A DNA stretch of 64,000 nucleotides, taken from NCBI RefSeq assembly GCF_009914755.1, contig NC_060925.1. One strand, given 5' to 3'. Origin of the DNA: the human T2T-CHM13v2.0 reference genome, Homo sapiens. Below the pieces are notes generated by a model. That model searched no databases, had not been told where the DNA came from, and saw nothing but the letters and a program-made list of their open reading frames with translations. Numbering within the stretch: the stretch's first letter is position 1; each line of letters opens with the position of its first letter. Position numbers and translations under genes: made by a program. Shown piece by piece: positions 29,978 to 49,410 of the stretch.

Positions 29978-32238
29978 TTTTTTTGCATGCCTGGTAAAAT
30001 ATTGGATGTCAGACATTGTGAATTTTGTCTTACTGGGTGCTGGACATTTTTTTATTTCTAGTAATTTTTTTTTAGTTGTTTTTTTTTTTTTGCTCCATAA
30101 TTTTTACTTGGGAAGAGTTCTGATCATGCTTTTAAGCTTTGCTAGGCAGTATCACAGCAGTGCTCAGTCTAGGGCTAATTTCAACCCACTACAGAGGTGG
30201 GACCCTGCTGAATACTCTCATTGATGATGTCTCATTAATTATGAGATTTCCCACTCTGATGGGAACAGAAAATATTCTCAGTCATGTGTGAGCTTTGGAG
30301 AGTGTTGCCTCCAATCCTGTCAAGTAGTTCTTTCCCCAGCCTCAGGTCATTTCCTCACAAACCTGCACTCAACAGTACTCAGAGGGAGACTTAAGGGGGA
30401 CTTTCTGAAGATCTCCAGAGTTCTCTTTCTGTGCAACTTTTTCCTCAGAGCACTCTTCCTGCAAATTCTAGTCCCACTGGCCTCCCCAGACTCCTCAAAT
30501 CAGAGAGACTACCAAGATGTTCCTGGGTTTCCCCTCCCTGTGCCGTGGCCTGGAAGCTCTCTCAGTGGCATGTTCGGGCAATCATAGGGCTCACACTCTT
30601 CTTTTTCTATCTCTCAAGTATTTCCATCCTTTTTCTGATGTTTAAAGTTTCATAAACTATTGTTTCATACAAGTGGTCTAATTTTTAGTTGTTTTGTGAA
30701 AGGGAAGATCCAGCTTCTGCTAGAAGCAGAAGTCATTCACCTTAACTTGAATGGCTATAAAACACTCATCTCTCATCTCGAAAGCATTCCTCTAAGTACT
30801 TAATGACCATATGAATTCCAATACTATGGCTTGAAATTATTCTTAACAATCTTCCTTCGCTGTGCCTAAGTATATATTTACAACTACTGTTAAATTGATT
30901 GGGTTTTTTTCCTTCAGTAAACAGTTTCCTTAAAACATCATGAATGCTTATTGCTTCTTAATTCTATCTTTGTTTCTACTATTTGTAAATTGTACTGCTA
31001 CAGAAGTCTAAGTAGAAGCAAACTCATCAATGTTGGCCTAGTTTAAGTTCCAAGAACCCAGAAACAAAGGTTTAATCATTTTGGTGTCCTCATTCTGAGC
31101 CTGTTTTTCTTGTTTCATATTTAGTCATTTAGTGATGACTTCCAAGGAGAGGAAAAGATTTTCCTCTGGAAAACAGAAATGGCCTTGAGAGTAAGAGAGA
31201 AACTCACTCACCTAATTGTTCACTGTTTCCAAAGTATAAACTGGCCTTGATTTCTCATCAATGTTGTAATTGAATTGTAATGATTTATGCAAAATTTTTC
31301 TTATTTCTTTAGCTCCCTTTATTATGTATTCATTACATATCCTCCTATTTCATCTAATATTTAATGGTTGAATTTAACACAGACACACAGAGACACACAT
31401 ATGCCCCTATCTGTGCATGCCAAGAACAGACCATTTCTCGATCCATTTTTTCTGTGCTATAATAAATACTCTAATGCTACAAAGTAAATAAATACCAGAA
31501 CTGAGGGCCTGTGAGAATCCATTCAATTGAAAGCCTGTTAATAGACAGTAAAGCACCCCGTGCCGTGGGGAAGAAAGGTGCTATAAAAACCCATAATGTT
31601 GTTGCCACAGTTAGACCAGCTCTATAGTATACAATACGACCAGAGACATTTCCTTTAATCTAGTTCCTGTGATTTTACCAAGTCCCCTTGATTTTACATC
31701 ATGTGACAGAATAAAAAGTTTTCTGTCCCAACTCCTGTCTTCCCAGTGGGCCTGTCCTCATGCTGACACACCACTGTTCTCTGTTCTTGCAGCAGCAAGG
31801 CAGCATTCAAGCACTATGGATGAAGCTTATGCTAGCAGCCTGTCAGGAGCCTGAGGGCCCAGCTCATCATCCAGGAACAGAGGGAGCCAGGCTGCCGGCT
31901 TGTTCTGAGGCTCAACACACACTCCTGGTGTGTTGTCAGAGCAATTAGAATCAGTCAGACCCTTTCTGAGTTCAGTTGCCCAGAGACATAAAAAGGTCAC
32001 CCTGGTCCATTAAGAGCCCATTTCTCCCAGACCCTCTTCCTCTCAGACCCACCCAGATGAGCAAATAAGGAACCATTAGGCCTCGTATTTCCTCAAAAGT
32101 CATTTTCCATCTGCAAGGTTGGATCCTCACAAACTAACACAGCTCATCCTACAAGGCAGGCCTTCCAGACAATGTGTTTGTGGGTGAGTGACGAATGCCA
32201 TCCTCATCCTATCCCTGGAAAAGTACAGGATGTTGGAG

Positions 32239-32397
32239 AAAAGATTTTAAGCAGGGGCCGGATCCAAAGCTTGTCATCCCAGTGAGGAGTGTGAGTTTTC
32301 ACCTGCTGGCAGCAGGGTACCATTAAAAGATTTAGTTAAGCTGCCTGTGGGAAGTGAGGGAGGTAGGGAGGTCAGACTGGTCTCCCATCTCTGTGCC
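32239..32397 (+). repeat. Composite templated duplication of 33034-33050, 32959-33042 and 33405-33470
   Basis: Base-by-base match: 17/17, 81/84 and 64/66 identical. Confidence 0.95.
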
Positions 32398-32496
32398 AAA
32401 GACCTTCTGAAATGAAACAACTTTATTTGGCTCTAATTTAATAAAATTCCCTTCACTCCAAAAAACACATGGCTTACATTTCAGTAACTCTTTATC

Positions 32497-33430
32497 TTCA
32501 TTCATTTAACAGATATGTATCAGGTTCCTGGTTGGTGCCAAGTATAGTGCTAGGACGTGCAAAAGGAAATGAGGCAGACATGGCCCAACCTTCACCACGT
32601 TCATAGCTTGTTGAAGAATTCAGACAAGACAAAACACTTGTAATAGAAGCACTCGCAATGGAGGACTGTGTGATTGAAGAGGCACAGGATGTAAATGAAC
32701 ATGAGGGGTACACTGGATCCAGGCTTTGAAGAGTCATAGAAGAATTACCTGTGGAAGTCATGCCTAAGTTGAAGCCTGCAAGATAAGGGCAAACACAGGC
32801 TAAGAAAATTAGAGTGGGAAAGACAGGGAAGAGAAGAGTGCTGCGGGCAGAGGGACCAAAGGCAAACAAAACGGAGCATTGTGACTGGTTTATCAAGACT
32901 GGGGTCCAGTGTGGGCTTTGAGTTGGGGGATGGCATAAGAGGGGAGGCTTGGGGGGTCAGCAGGGGCCAGATCCAAAGCTTGTCATCCCAGTGAGGAGTT
33001 TGACTTTTCACCTGCTGGCAGCAGGGTACCATTAAAAGATTTTAAGCAGGACCCAACAGGATGAGATTCACATTTTAGAAACAGTTTAGCGGGGAGCAGT
33101 GATGGGGGCAGGCATAAGGAGATAAGGAAAACATCAGGAAACTATTGTCATCTACACAAGGAATGACTGAGCTGAATCAAGTTAGTGGCAGTGGAGTTTT
33201 GGAAAAGTAGATAGATTTTAGAAATATGTATGAGGTAGAATTAACAAGAGTGATGGATTAACACTGGGAGCGGAGGTGCAAGAGAGAGAGGTAAGAGTTC
33301 AGCAAGATGCTTTTACTAAGGGAATGTTGGTGGCATTTGGTAAGACAGGAACCATAAGAGGAGACAGAGGTCCATAGCAGGTGTGTAAGTTTTCAATTAT
33401 TAACTTAGTTAAGCTGCCTGTGGGAAGTGA
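32497..33430 (-). mobile_element. L2 LINE
   Basis: Starts ttcattcatttaacagatatgtatc...gtgccaagtatagtgctagg; contains the purine-rich L2 motifs aagattttaagcagg and gatttagaaatatgtatgaggtagaattaacaag-like sequence. Confidence 0.8.
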
Positions 33431-34644
33431 GGGAGGGTGGGAGGTCAGACTGGTCTCCCATCTCTGTGCCCATTCTCACTTGTGAGGTGGTAGATGCCAA
33501 GGAGGATATAAAATAGAGAAGCTGAGGCATGGCATGAAAAGAGGATTTTCCTCAAGAACTCACAGGAAGTCCATGATTGGGTCCCCAGTTTCTGACCCAA
33601 AGTTCCAACCATCTGACCTGGCATCCTTTATAAGGGAACCTCTGACTTTACAATAAATGCAGGTAGTTTTTGGCACAGGTCCAGAGTCCCCCAGGCTAGA
33701 GACATATTTTAAATAAGCCAAATAGATTAGTAAGTCATGTGGAAGTACAAAGGCTATTGAGGCCAGCTTATTTCCTTCAGGCTTGATATGTGCCAAAGAT
33801 TCTCCTTGCTTAGGAGAAAGGCGACATCTGAAGGCTGATATCACAAACCCCTGGAGGCTGCATTCAGACCACCTGCCACCTCCCTCTATCTCTGGTGCCC
33901 TCCTGTTGAGGATGCAGACTATCTAGCCCTTTGAATCCCTCCTCCTGTTATTGATGCTGGCTCGTCCTTTAGATGTGATTCTTTGCCTCTGACCCCTCTT
34001 CCTTTCTCTTGTCACCTGTATGCCATGCAAATCAGCAGAAGTCTGCTTCCTCAACAACTTGACATGTGCTGTGCCTCCTCCAGCCCCTGGTCCTGGTGGA
34101 GGGCAGCTAACAGATCCTCTAGGACACTGAAACCACCCTGCCCTTTAAACTTACAAATGCTGGATAATAAGGCTGTGATTTTGTTAAGGAACCCTTGTTC
34201 CGCACAAGCATGTTATGCTGTAGAATCAATGCTTTCCTTATAGAGCTGGAAATGTAAATGGAGAGAGAGTAAAATGACTGTGTCAGTAAAATGCTCCCAA
34301 GGATCTAAATATGAATGGGCATTAAATATTTAATCTCATCTTTAACCCTTGAGGCAAAGGCCCAGAGTAGACCTGACTCATTCCACTAGCAAAATTCCAC
34401 ATGGTTCTCCCATGTTAATTTCCCTCACATGGATAGTTTAGCCTCACTATCAAAATATGCCCTTTAGTCTTCCCACTTCCCACTGTTTTCTTTATGAAAA
34501 CAGACTTGCCCTACCCCACCCACAACATCCTTTGTCCCCACCTTTTTTCTAGTGAACCTTTCCATCTCACTTTCAAACATTAGTAGTTTTATGTTAGCCC
34601 CATGTTTTTTATTAAACAAACAGTCACAATAAAAATGACAACAA

Positions 34645-34890
34645 ACAACATCTATTGAGTGCATACTATGCACCAGGCCCTGATGGATGCTTTAGGAGCT
34701 TTATAAATGTGATTTCATGTAAACTTCATAAAACTCTATGAGGAAGGTTTTATTATTCCTGTTACATAGATAGAAAACTGAGGCTCAGAGAATAATTGGC
34801 CCAAATCATATTGTGTGTAACTAGAAAACCTGGGATTCAAACCAGGTCTCTCTGACCATAAAGTCCATGCTCACCCACAGTGCTATGATG
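34645..34890 (-). mobile_element. MIR SINE
   Basis: tattgagtgcatactatgcaccagg...gatagaaaactgaggctcagaga...ctgggattcaaaccaggtctctctgacc. Confidence 0.85.
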
Positions 34891-35509
34891 GTTCTTTAAT
34901 TTAAAAAAAAAAAATAACTGAAATTCACTGTAGAACTCAATGAAATTCTGATGTACTTTTTATGCATCAGTGATCATGACCTTGCCTTTAATTCTCCCCA
35001 AGATCACATGGTCACTGCAAGGCAAACCAGTCCATTTCCCAAAATACAGAGAGGAAAATATGTTGAGCATCTTGTAGGTGCCAGGGGCCTTTAAGTATTT
35101 TATCTCATTGAATCCTCACAACTGCATGAATGGTAGGTATCATTACAATAAGTTCTCCAATAGGGAGTTTTAGGTAACCTTAGATAACTTATAACATTTG
35201 CCACAGACCAAGTGAGGTGTAACATAGAGTTGATCTGCATTATTCTGACTTCCAAGCTCAAGCAATTTCTTCCTCCTAATCCTAATTGTCACCACACGTA
35301 GAAATCAGAGACACTTCCCTCGTCATTAATTTCTGTGAGATATCTGACATAAAGGTCAGCAACATGTTCCCAGGCAATACCTTCTAGCTCCCTGAGGTGA
35401 TCCTACCAAAACCTTGATAACTCCTGACTTTGTCCCTCATTTCTATCTATTTGAAGAGGCACACATTTCTTGAGGGCCTGGAGTTGTATCTGTCTAAAAT
35501 TAGAGGTAA

Positions 35510-37277
<1,768 letters not shown>

Positions 37278-38296
37278 GAGGGGCGGTTCCAAGATGGCCA
37301 AATAGGAACAGCTCCAGCCTACAGCTCCCAGCATGAGCGACGCAGAAGATGGGTGATTTCTGCATTTCCAACTGAGGTACCGGGTTCATCTCACTGGGGC
37401 TTGTCGGACAGTTGGTGCAGGACAGTGGGTGCAGCCCACTGAGCGTGAGCCAAAGCAGGGCAAGGCATCGCCTCACTCGGGAAGCACAAGGGGTCAGGGA
37501 ATTCCCTTTCATAGCCAAGCAAAGCTGTGACAGACGGCACCTGGAAAATTGGGTCACTCCCACCCTAATACTGCACTTTTCCGATGGTCTTAGCAAACAG
37601 CACACCAGGAGATTATATCCCACACATGGCTTGGAGGGTCCCACACCCATGGAGCCTCACTCATTGCTAGCACAGCAGAGATTGAACTGCAAGGCAGCAG
37701 CAAGGCTGGGGGAGGGGCGACTGCTGAGGCTTGAGTAGGTAAACAAAGCGGTGGGGAAGCTTGAACTGGGTGGAGCCCACCACAGCTCAAGGAGGCCTGC
37801 CTGCCTCTGTAGACTCCACCTCTAGGGGCAGGGCATAGCCGAACAAAAGGCAGCAGAAACCTCTGCAGAATTAAATGTCCCTGTCTAAACAGCTTTGAAG
37901 AGAGTAGTGGTTCCTTCAGCACACAGCTTGAGCTCTGAGAATGGACAGACTTGCTCCTCAAGTGGGTCCCTGACCCCCAAGTAGCCTATCTGGGAGGCAC
38001 GCCCAGTAAGGGAAGACTGACACCTCACACGGCCAGGTACCCCTCTGAGACAAAACCTCCAGAGGAACGATCCGACAGCAACATTTGCTGTTCAGCAATA
38101 TTCGCTGTTCTGCAGCCTCTGCTGCTGATACCTAGGCAAACAGCGTCTGGAGTGGACCTCCAGCAAACTCCAACAGACCTGCAGCTGAGGGTCCTCACTG
38201 TTAAAAGGAAAACTAACAAACAGAAAGGACATCCACACCAAAACCCCATCTGTACATCGCCATCATCAAAGACCAAATGCAGATAAAACCACAAAG

Positions 38297-39312
38297 ATAG
38301 GGAAAAAACAGAACAGAAAAACTGAAAATTCTAAAAATCAAAGCACCTCTCCTCCTCCAAAGGAACGCAGCTCCTCACCAGCAATGGAACAAAGCTGGAT
38401 GGAGAATGACTTTCGTGAGTTGAGAGAAGAAGGCTTCAGATAATCAAACTTCTCTGAGCTAAAGGAGGAAGTTTGAACCCATCGCAAAGAAGCTAAAAAC
38501 CTTGAAAAAAGATTAGACAAATGGCTAACTAGAATAACCAATGAAGAGAAGTCCTTAAAGGACCTGATGGAGCTGAAAACCACGGCACGAAAACTACATG
38601 ACGAATGCACAAGATTCAGTAGGCAATTCCATCAGCTGGAAGAAAGCGTATCAGTGATTGAAGATCAAATCAATGAAATGAAGCGAGAAAAGAAGTATAG
38701 GGAAAAAAGAATAAAAAGAAAAGAACAAAACCTCCAAGAAATATGCGACCATGTGAAAAGACCAAATCTACGTCTGATTGGTGTACCTGAAAGTGATGGG
38801 GAGAATGGAACCAAGTTGGAAAATATTCTGCAGGATATTATCCAGGAGAACTTCCCCAATCTAGCAAGGCAGGCCAACATTCAAATTCAGGAAATACAGA
38901 GAACACCACAAAGATACTCCTCGAGAAGAACAACTTCAAGACACATAATTGTCAGATTCACCAAAGTTGAAATGAAGGAAAAAATGTTAAGGGCAGCCAG
39001 AGAGAAAGGTCGGGTTACCCACAAAGGGAAGCCCATCAGACTAACAGCTGATCTCTTGGCAGACACTCTACAAGCCAGAAGAGAGTGGGGGCCAATATTC
39101 AACATTCTTAAAGAAAAGAATTTTTGACCCAGTATTTCATATCTGCCAAACTAAGCTTCATAAGTGAAGGAGAAATAAAATACTTTACAGACAAGCAAAT
39201 GCTGAGAGATTTTGTCACCACCAGGCCTGCCCTAAAAGAGCTCCTGAAGGAAGCACTAAACATGGAAAGGAACAACCGGTACCAGCCATTGCAAAAACAT
39301 GACAAATTGTAA
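38297..39312 (+). pseudogene. L1 ORF1, start codon lost (ATA), with stops and a frameshift
   Basis: ORFs 38567-39127 and 39124-39312 match ORF1p. Confidence 0.93.
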
Positions 39313-39375
39313 AGCTCATCGATGCTAGGAAGAAACTGCATCAACTAATGAGCAAAACAACCGGCTAATATCATA

Positions 39376-43205
<3,830 letters not shown>

Positions 43206-43457
43206 ACAATGAGAACACTTGGACACAGGAAGGGGAACATCACACACTGGGGCCTGTTGTGGTGTGGGGGGAAGCGGGAGGGATAGCATTAGGAGATATA
43301 CCTAATGTAAATGCCAAGTTAATGGGTGCAGCACACCAACATGTCACATGGATACATATGTAACAAACCTGCACATTGTGCACATGTACCCTAGAACTTA
43401 AAGTATAATAAATATATATATGTAAAATAAATAAATAAATAAAAGAATGAGGCAAAA

Positions 43458-44610
43458 TTAAAGAATTTTCAGATTTTCTAAAAGTGAGAACTCATCACCA
43501 GCAGATTCACACTACAAATAATAAATGCTCCTCATCCTGAAAGAAAATGATACCAGATAAGAGCTCAGATTCTTAGGAAGGAATGCAGAACATTGGAAAT
43601 AGCATATATCTGAATATATATAAAATACTAGTTTTCTCTAAATTTTTATAAAATACATAGGACTATTTAAAGGAAACTTGTAACATTGTCTTATAGGGTC
43701 TATGTGGACTTAATACATATGACAACTATAGCCTAAAAGACCTCATTGAGGTTGAGGGAGATAAATGGGCCTATACACTTACAAAGTTTCATATTTTACA
43801 TGAATTGGTATAATATTAACTCCTTGTTGACTATGAAAAGTGAAGGATGTATATTGCAGTCCTTAGAATAACCACTAAAAATGCAAAAAAAGTAATTTAA
43901 TAAAGTAGAATTGTAAAAAGTATTTAGTCTAAAAGGAGACAGGAAAGGAGAAATAAAGGAACAACAAAGTGTGCAAAAAAATCCAATAAAATGGCAGATG
44001 AAAATCCAAAAATATCAATAATTACATTAAACATTAATGAACTAAACACTCCAAAAAAAGTCAGATTGTAAGAATAAATTTAAAAGCAAGACTCAACTAC
44101 ATGCTGCCTACAAGAGATGCACTTTAAAAATAAATGAACAGATAAAAGTAAATTAATGGAAATATATATACTAGGCAAACTAAAAAATAAGGTGGCCAGG
44201 GATATTTTCATATCAGATAAAATAAGCTTTCAAGATAGAAAGTAACATTAAAGAAGGACACTTCAAAATGATAAATGGATCATCTTATCAAGAAGACATA
44301 ACAATCATCAATGTGGCATGTGCCTAATAATAAGCTACAACCAAATAAAGCAAACATTTACAGAATTAAAAGAAACAGACAATTCTGCAATCATAGCAGG
44401 AGATTTTAGCACCCATCTTCCAAAAATTTATAGAATGCTTAGACAAAAATCAGTAAAGACATAGTGATCCAAACCATACTTTCAACCACCTTAAACTACA
44501 ACTGTAGAATATACATTTTTCAGGTGTACATGATATTTTCATCAAGATAGACCATATGCTGGATCTCAACAGTTTTAATAAATGTAAAAAGACTGAAAAA
44601 ATAATACTCA
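43458..44610 (+). mobile_element. Old L1M, right part (end of ORF1, inter-ORF, ORF2 endonuclease remnants)
   Basis: Continues collinearly across the L1PA5 TSD; EN-like actacatgctgcctacaagagatgcac and atcatagcaggagattttagcaccc. Confidence 0.8.
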
Positions 44611-44667
44611 GCACTCTGTGGAACCTGAAATGAGATCAGGTGATTTAGTTTTGTTCTCTGCTATATC

Positions 44668-45157
44668 TGTTGATTAGTTAAGGTTCTCCAGAGAAATACG
44701 TGAATGTGTGTGTAGGTGTGTGTGTGTGTGCATACACATACATAAACATATATAATATCTATCATATACCATCATATATACCACATACATATGTAAAATA
44801 TACTTATTATATATATATATATATATGTGAGTTTTATTTTAAGGAATTAGCTCATGCAATGGTGAAGACTGGCAAATTAGAAATCTGTGGGACAAATTAA
44901 CAGAATGAAAACTCAAGTAGAAGTTTCAAGCTGTAGTTTTGAAGCAGAATTTCTTCTCTGGGAAACCTGTTTTTGCTCTTAACATTGTCAACTGATAAAC
45001 GAAATTATCAAGTATAATCTCCTTTACTTGAAGTAAACTGAACATAGATATCAACTACATATACAAAATACTTTCACGAGAATACTTAGATTAGTATTTC
45101 AGTAAGTAGTCGGGTACCATAGCCTAGCCAATTGACACATGAAATTAATTCATCAAA
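44668..45157 (-). mobile_element. ERVL solo LTR (MLT2, MLT2D-like) with an internal (TG)/(TA) expansion
   Basis: attagttaaggttctccagagaaa...aaggaattagctcatgcaatggtg...ggtaccatagcctagccaattgacacatgaaattaa. Confidence 0.85.
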
Positions 45158-45499
45158 ATCTCCAAAGCCAATAACATTGACTGATAGTTTTCAAAAACAT
45201 TTGTTGACTAATAAATAGATAATTATGAGATCACAAGACCAAAATATGAAGGCATAAAACCACCTTAGAGACTATCTGTGTCAGAATTCTAAAGCTCAGA
45301 GATTCTCCATGCTGCATCCCCCATACCATCTATATCTAAGGCTGGGGTGTAAAGTAAGAAATGGTTTTCAACAAGCATGCTAGGGCCACCACAACTAATC
45401 CCACTGCCCTGCAAGCATCTCCAGATGATTTTGATGCAGTTGGTCCACAGGTCACAGCCTGAAAAACTCTAAGACCGTCAGCTGATCAACTACAATAAT

Positions 45500-45680
45500 A
45501 TTCTCTCCAGCATTCCAGACAATGGCTTTCCAACCCCTTTAAGGACTGGGGTTTACTACCTACTCAAGCAGTCCATTTGTCTTCAGTCAGATGACTATTA
45601 AAAAGTTCTTTCATATACTGGGTCCAAACAGGACTTTCTGAACTTTCTGGCTATTGTTACCAGTTCTCTTTTGTGCAGCT
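45500..45680 (-). mobile_element. CR1/L3-like fragment
   Basis: tactacctactcaagcagtccattt...attaaaaagttctttcatatactggg...aactttctggctattgttaccagttct. Confidence 0.45.
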
Positions 45681-46154
45681 CAGAGTATTTCGAGGCCAAT
45701 GGCCTGAGCTACAAGTGATTGAAAGGGCAACTTAGGTTCAGGTGATTCCTCGAAAGATTTGGTCCACATGACTGCTCACTCACCGGTAAAAGGGCTTAAT
45801 GTAAGCCAGCTATATTGCTGACTGTGCAAGGATGTGGGGTTGTCTGAGAATAGCCTTCAATGGCACTGACTGACTAGGAGAGCCTCAAGAATACTTTATA
45901 AAGCCCATGGTTGCGCAGTGAATCTGGGAACCTGATAAGAAAATAGGTTGCTACGGTTCTGCTTAGTAGAGTGGACTCCTAGACCTAATGAAAATGCTAA
46001 ATTATAAATCCAGAATAAGAACTGGAATAAAGTTCTCTAGAATTACTAGAAACAGCAAAAGAAAACTGGATGAAGACAATATTGGAGCTTTTCTACTTTA
46101 GCTGACAAGCTGGTATATGGGGACTCTTTGATACTCTAAGGAAATTATTTAATA

Positions 46155-48560
46155 ATTCATGAATTCATTCATTTACTAAATATTAATTACACGCTTATTG
46201 TGTACCAGGCACTGTACTGGATACTGAGAAAAAAGTGGTAAACAAAACTAACATGGTCTCTACTCTCCTGGAATTAAAAGTCTAGTGAGGGATGACACAG
46301 TAAACCATAAAGAAAATATTAAACGTAAGTATGTTATAAAATATTAAGTGTGTAATAAAAGAAACAAACAAGGTGTGTTTGTATAGAGAATAACAAGGCA
46401 GGCCTTGGTGTTCGGGGGGAGGTTTTTCTAAGGGGATAGAGCTTATATTAGATCGGAGGACAAACAAATTTATGGAGTACTCTAGGCACAGCCCTATGGA
46501 ACAACATGTGCAAAGGCTGAGAGGCAGGAAAGGCCTTTGCACACACAAGAACCTGAAAGGATGCCCATGTAGTGGGAGCATGAGTGAAAGGAGACTGTGG
46601 TTCAAGATGAGGCTGCAGAGATCAACAGGACTCTGCAGTCACAGTAAATATTTGAGGAGCAAATCATTAAAGGACAAAAAGCAGACCATGGCACAATTCA
46701 GTTCATGTTTAAGGGAATTGGTCTGCCCATAGTTAGAGAATGAATAGAAGGGGGCAAGATTAGAAGTAAATCATTTAATAAGTAATTGCCCAAATGGCAA
46801 ATATAGGTCATAAGAATTAGGGTAGCTGGGGGAGAATTTGAAAAAAGCAGACTGATTCAAAATACAGTATACACAGGAGTTTGACTTAGTATATTCCGTG
46901 AGGGAAGGAACAATGTGTGTTTTGCTTAGCAGACTTATCTTCAGTTCTTAGTACAGTGTTTGGTGTGTAAATAGCAATATAGTTGCTCCTCATTATTTAC
47001 AGACTCCATATTTATGAATTTGCTTATTCCCTAAAATTTGTAACCCCAAAATCAATGCTTATGGCACTTTTGCCATTGTTTGCAGAAATGCACTTGCAAA
47101 AACAGGTGAAGAGTTTGAGTCATGGACGTTCCTGGCTGAGGTCAAACAAGAGCACATTCTGCCTTCTTGTTTCTAGTTTTATATTTTCAGCAAGTGTCCT
47201 TTTTGCTGCCTGGTTAGTGCCACGTTTGGTCATATTTTTGTGCTTTGTGTTGGTGCTTTTGCTGTACAAAATGCCCCCCAGGCCTAGTGCTGAAGTGCTA
47301 TGTAGTGTTCCTGAGTGCAAGAAAGCTGTGGTGTGACTTATGGAGAAAATTTGTGTGTTAGGTGAGCCTCATTCCAGTATGAGCCAGTGCTGTTGGCTGT
47401 GAATTCAATATTAACGAATCAACTATATATACACATATATATTCAAGAAGGTGTCTTTAAACAGAAACACACCTAAAATGTATTGGTCAGTCGATGTAAA
47501 CATTGTAACCAGAGGCTCAAAGGCACCTAACCTGTGTTTTCTTTAAGAGCAATGGTTCAGTATTCGCTAAATCAGTGTTCACAGTGACTTTATAGAATAT
47601 AATTGCCACACACAATGAACATCAACTCTAACTGCTAATTGAACAAATGAATTAATGTGATAGATGTGGCAGATTTTGTCAATGAACTGAGGGCTTTAGA
47701 CTTGAGCAACTGCATTGAAGGTGCCATCATCTATGGAGACATGATATTCTGGGAAAGAAACAGGTTTGGGAGGAAAAGAGAAAATGCTATTTTTCCATGT
47801 TTCTTTAGAGACGCCTATGAGATATCCAAGTAGAGATGTCAAGTAGCCAGTTAGATAGATATGAGTCTGAATCTCAGAGGAGATTTCTGGACTGGAGACA
47901 TAAATTGGTAAGTCATCAGCATACAGATGATGCTTAAAGCCACAGGGGATAGAGGAGGTCACCTAGGAAATAAGCGTAGGGAGAGATGAAAACAGGACCC
48001 AGAACTAAGCCCTAGAGCACACCCACACTCAGAGAGCCAGCATAGAGGACCCAGCAAAGGAGACTGCAGGTGAGAAGAGGACAGCCAGGAAATGTGTGGA
48101 GCCACAGAAGCCAAGGGAGGCCTGTGCTGAGAATAACAGCCTTCAGCCTTAGAGAATGTGGCTGAGAGGCTATGGAAGATAAGGCTGAAAGTTGCCCTTG
48201 GATGGTACAATGAAATTGTCAGTGACCTTGGGCTACTACTTTTAGGGCAAAAGAGTGAACTAAGGAATGATTGAGAAGATGAGAAAATAAAAGCAGCACA
48301 CTTTGACAACTTCTAGAAGAAGTTTTATGTTGAAGGGTAGCAGAGAATTGAGTCATTGGCTGGAGAGAGACAAGGAGTCATGAGAAGGTTTTGCTTTTTG
48401 ATTTTAACTTGGAAAATACTACCACATGCGTTCAAACTGAGGAATAATGCAGTAAGAAAGGGGGAGATTAATCATGATGAAGAGAGAAGAAAATTAGACT
48501 TTACAGTAGTAAGAAAGAATGGGATCCTGGACATGTTTGAAGGAACTAGTCTTTGTTAAG
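46155..48560 (-). mobile_element. L2 LINE interrupted by MER82
   Basis: ttcattcatttactaaatatt...tgtgtaccaggcactgt at the start; after MER82, gagatatccaagtagagatgtcaagtagccagttagat and gtcatcagcatacagatg. Confidence 0.85.
46980..47628. mobile_element. MER82 (TcMar-Tigger non-autonomous DNA transposon), near full length
   Basis: About 650 bp with degenerate terminal inverted repeats (agttgctcctcattattt / caatgaacatcaact) flanked by TA; body matches the remembered MER82 sequence. Confidence 0.85.
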
Positions 48561-48595
48561 AGGAGAGACCACCACAGTTGAATTCATGTGTGCTC

Positions 48596-48599
<4 letters not shown>

Positions 48600-48637
<38 letters not shown>
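48600..48637. repeat. (CA)n microsatellite
   Basis: About 18 perfect CA units. Confidence 0.97.
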
Positions 48638-48640
<3 letters not shown>

Positions 48641-49219
48641 CTCTGCAACTGATAACATAAGCTAAGTGTAAGACTCTTCAAGTATTCCTATTACCTTCTT
48701 GATTTTAACCAAAGTTCCAACAGGTACAGATATTTTTGAAACTCATTTCTAGTCTTCCTACATTTGCATTTCTTTTTTCTCATGTTTCAATCTTCAGACT
48801 TTTGCCCTTGATTTTGTATGTACTTGCCCTTCTGGGGTTCTTCTAAGTCTCTTTCTGACTCTCAACTCTTTCTAGAGACTTATTTTCTGTTTCCTTCTCC
48901 CAGCTTCTAAAAATGTGAGTCATGTCTTTTTTCCACCAGAAGTGCTGCCTGAGGCTAAAAAACTGATCTGGTATAGCTCCAGCCCTCCTGCCTCACTGCC
49001 CCTAATGGGCAAAGTCCCCTGGGCAGCCATGACCCCCAGGAAGTGCAAGGCTCAGCATAGCAAGGGCTACAGTTTCATTAGAAACTGTTTCCGGCAGTTT
49101 TATGCTCGTCAATTTTCACTGATGTTCAAAATTTTTTTGCAGCATGACTGTGCTAACATTTTTAGGTTTCCATAGCCCAGGGATATCCTCTCTTGATCTA
49201 CCACAACACATGACAACCA

Positions 49220-49410
49220 TAGACCTGCTGTGTGCTCTGCTAGCCATTTTAAACACACTGCCTCATTTATTCTTCATAACACCCTGTGAAGCAGGTATCA
49301 TCATTCCCATTTTATGGATTAGGAAAGTGAGACTCAGGAGTCACATGGCTAATAAGCCAGGAGACCCAGATTTGGACTCATGTAAAACTCCAAAACCTGA
49401 AGCCTTTCCT
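49220..49410 (-). mobile_element. MIR SINE
   Basis: cttcataacaccctgtgaagcaggtatcatcattcccattttatggattaggaaagtgagactcag. Confidence 0.8.

Larger units (their letters stand above)
28310..30735 (-). mobile_element. Old L1M fragments (3' end ~28310-28445; ORF1/5' region ~28460-30735) interrupted by simple repeats
   Basis: T-rich plus strand; ORF 29513-29773 on - (ISEMKNILDRIDDRLDNEEERVTE) resembles the ORF1 coiled coil. Confidence 0.8.
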
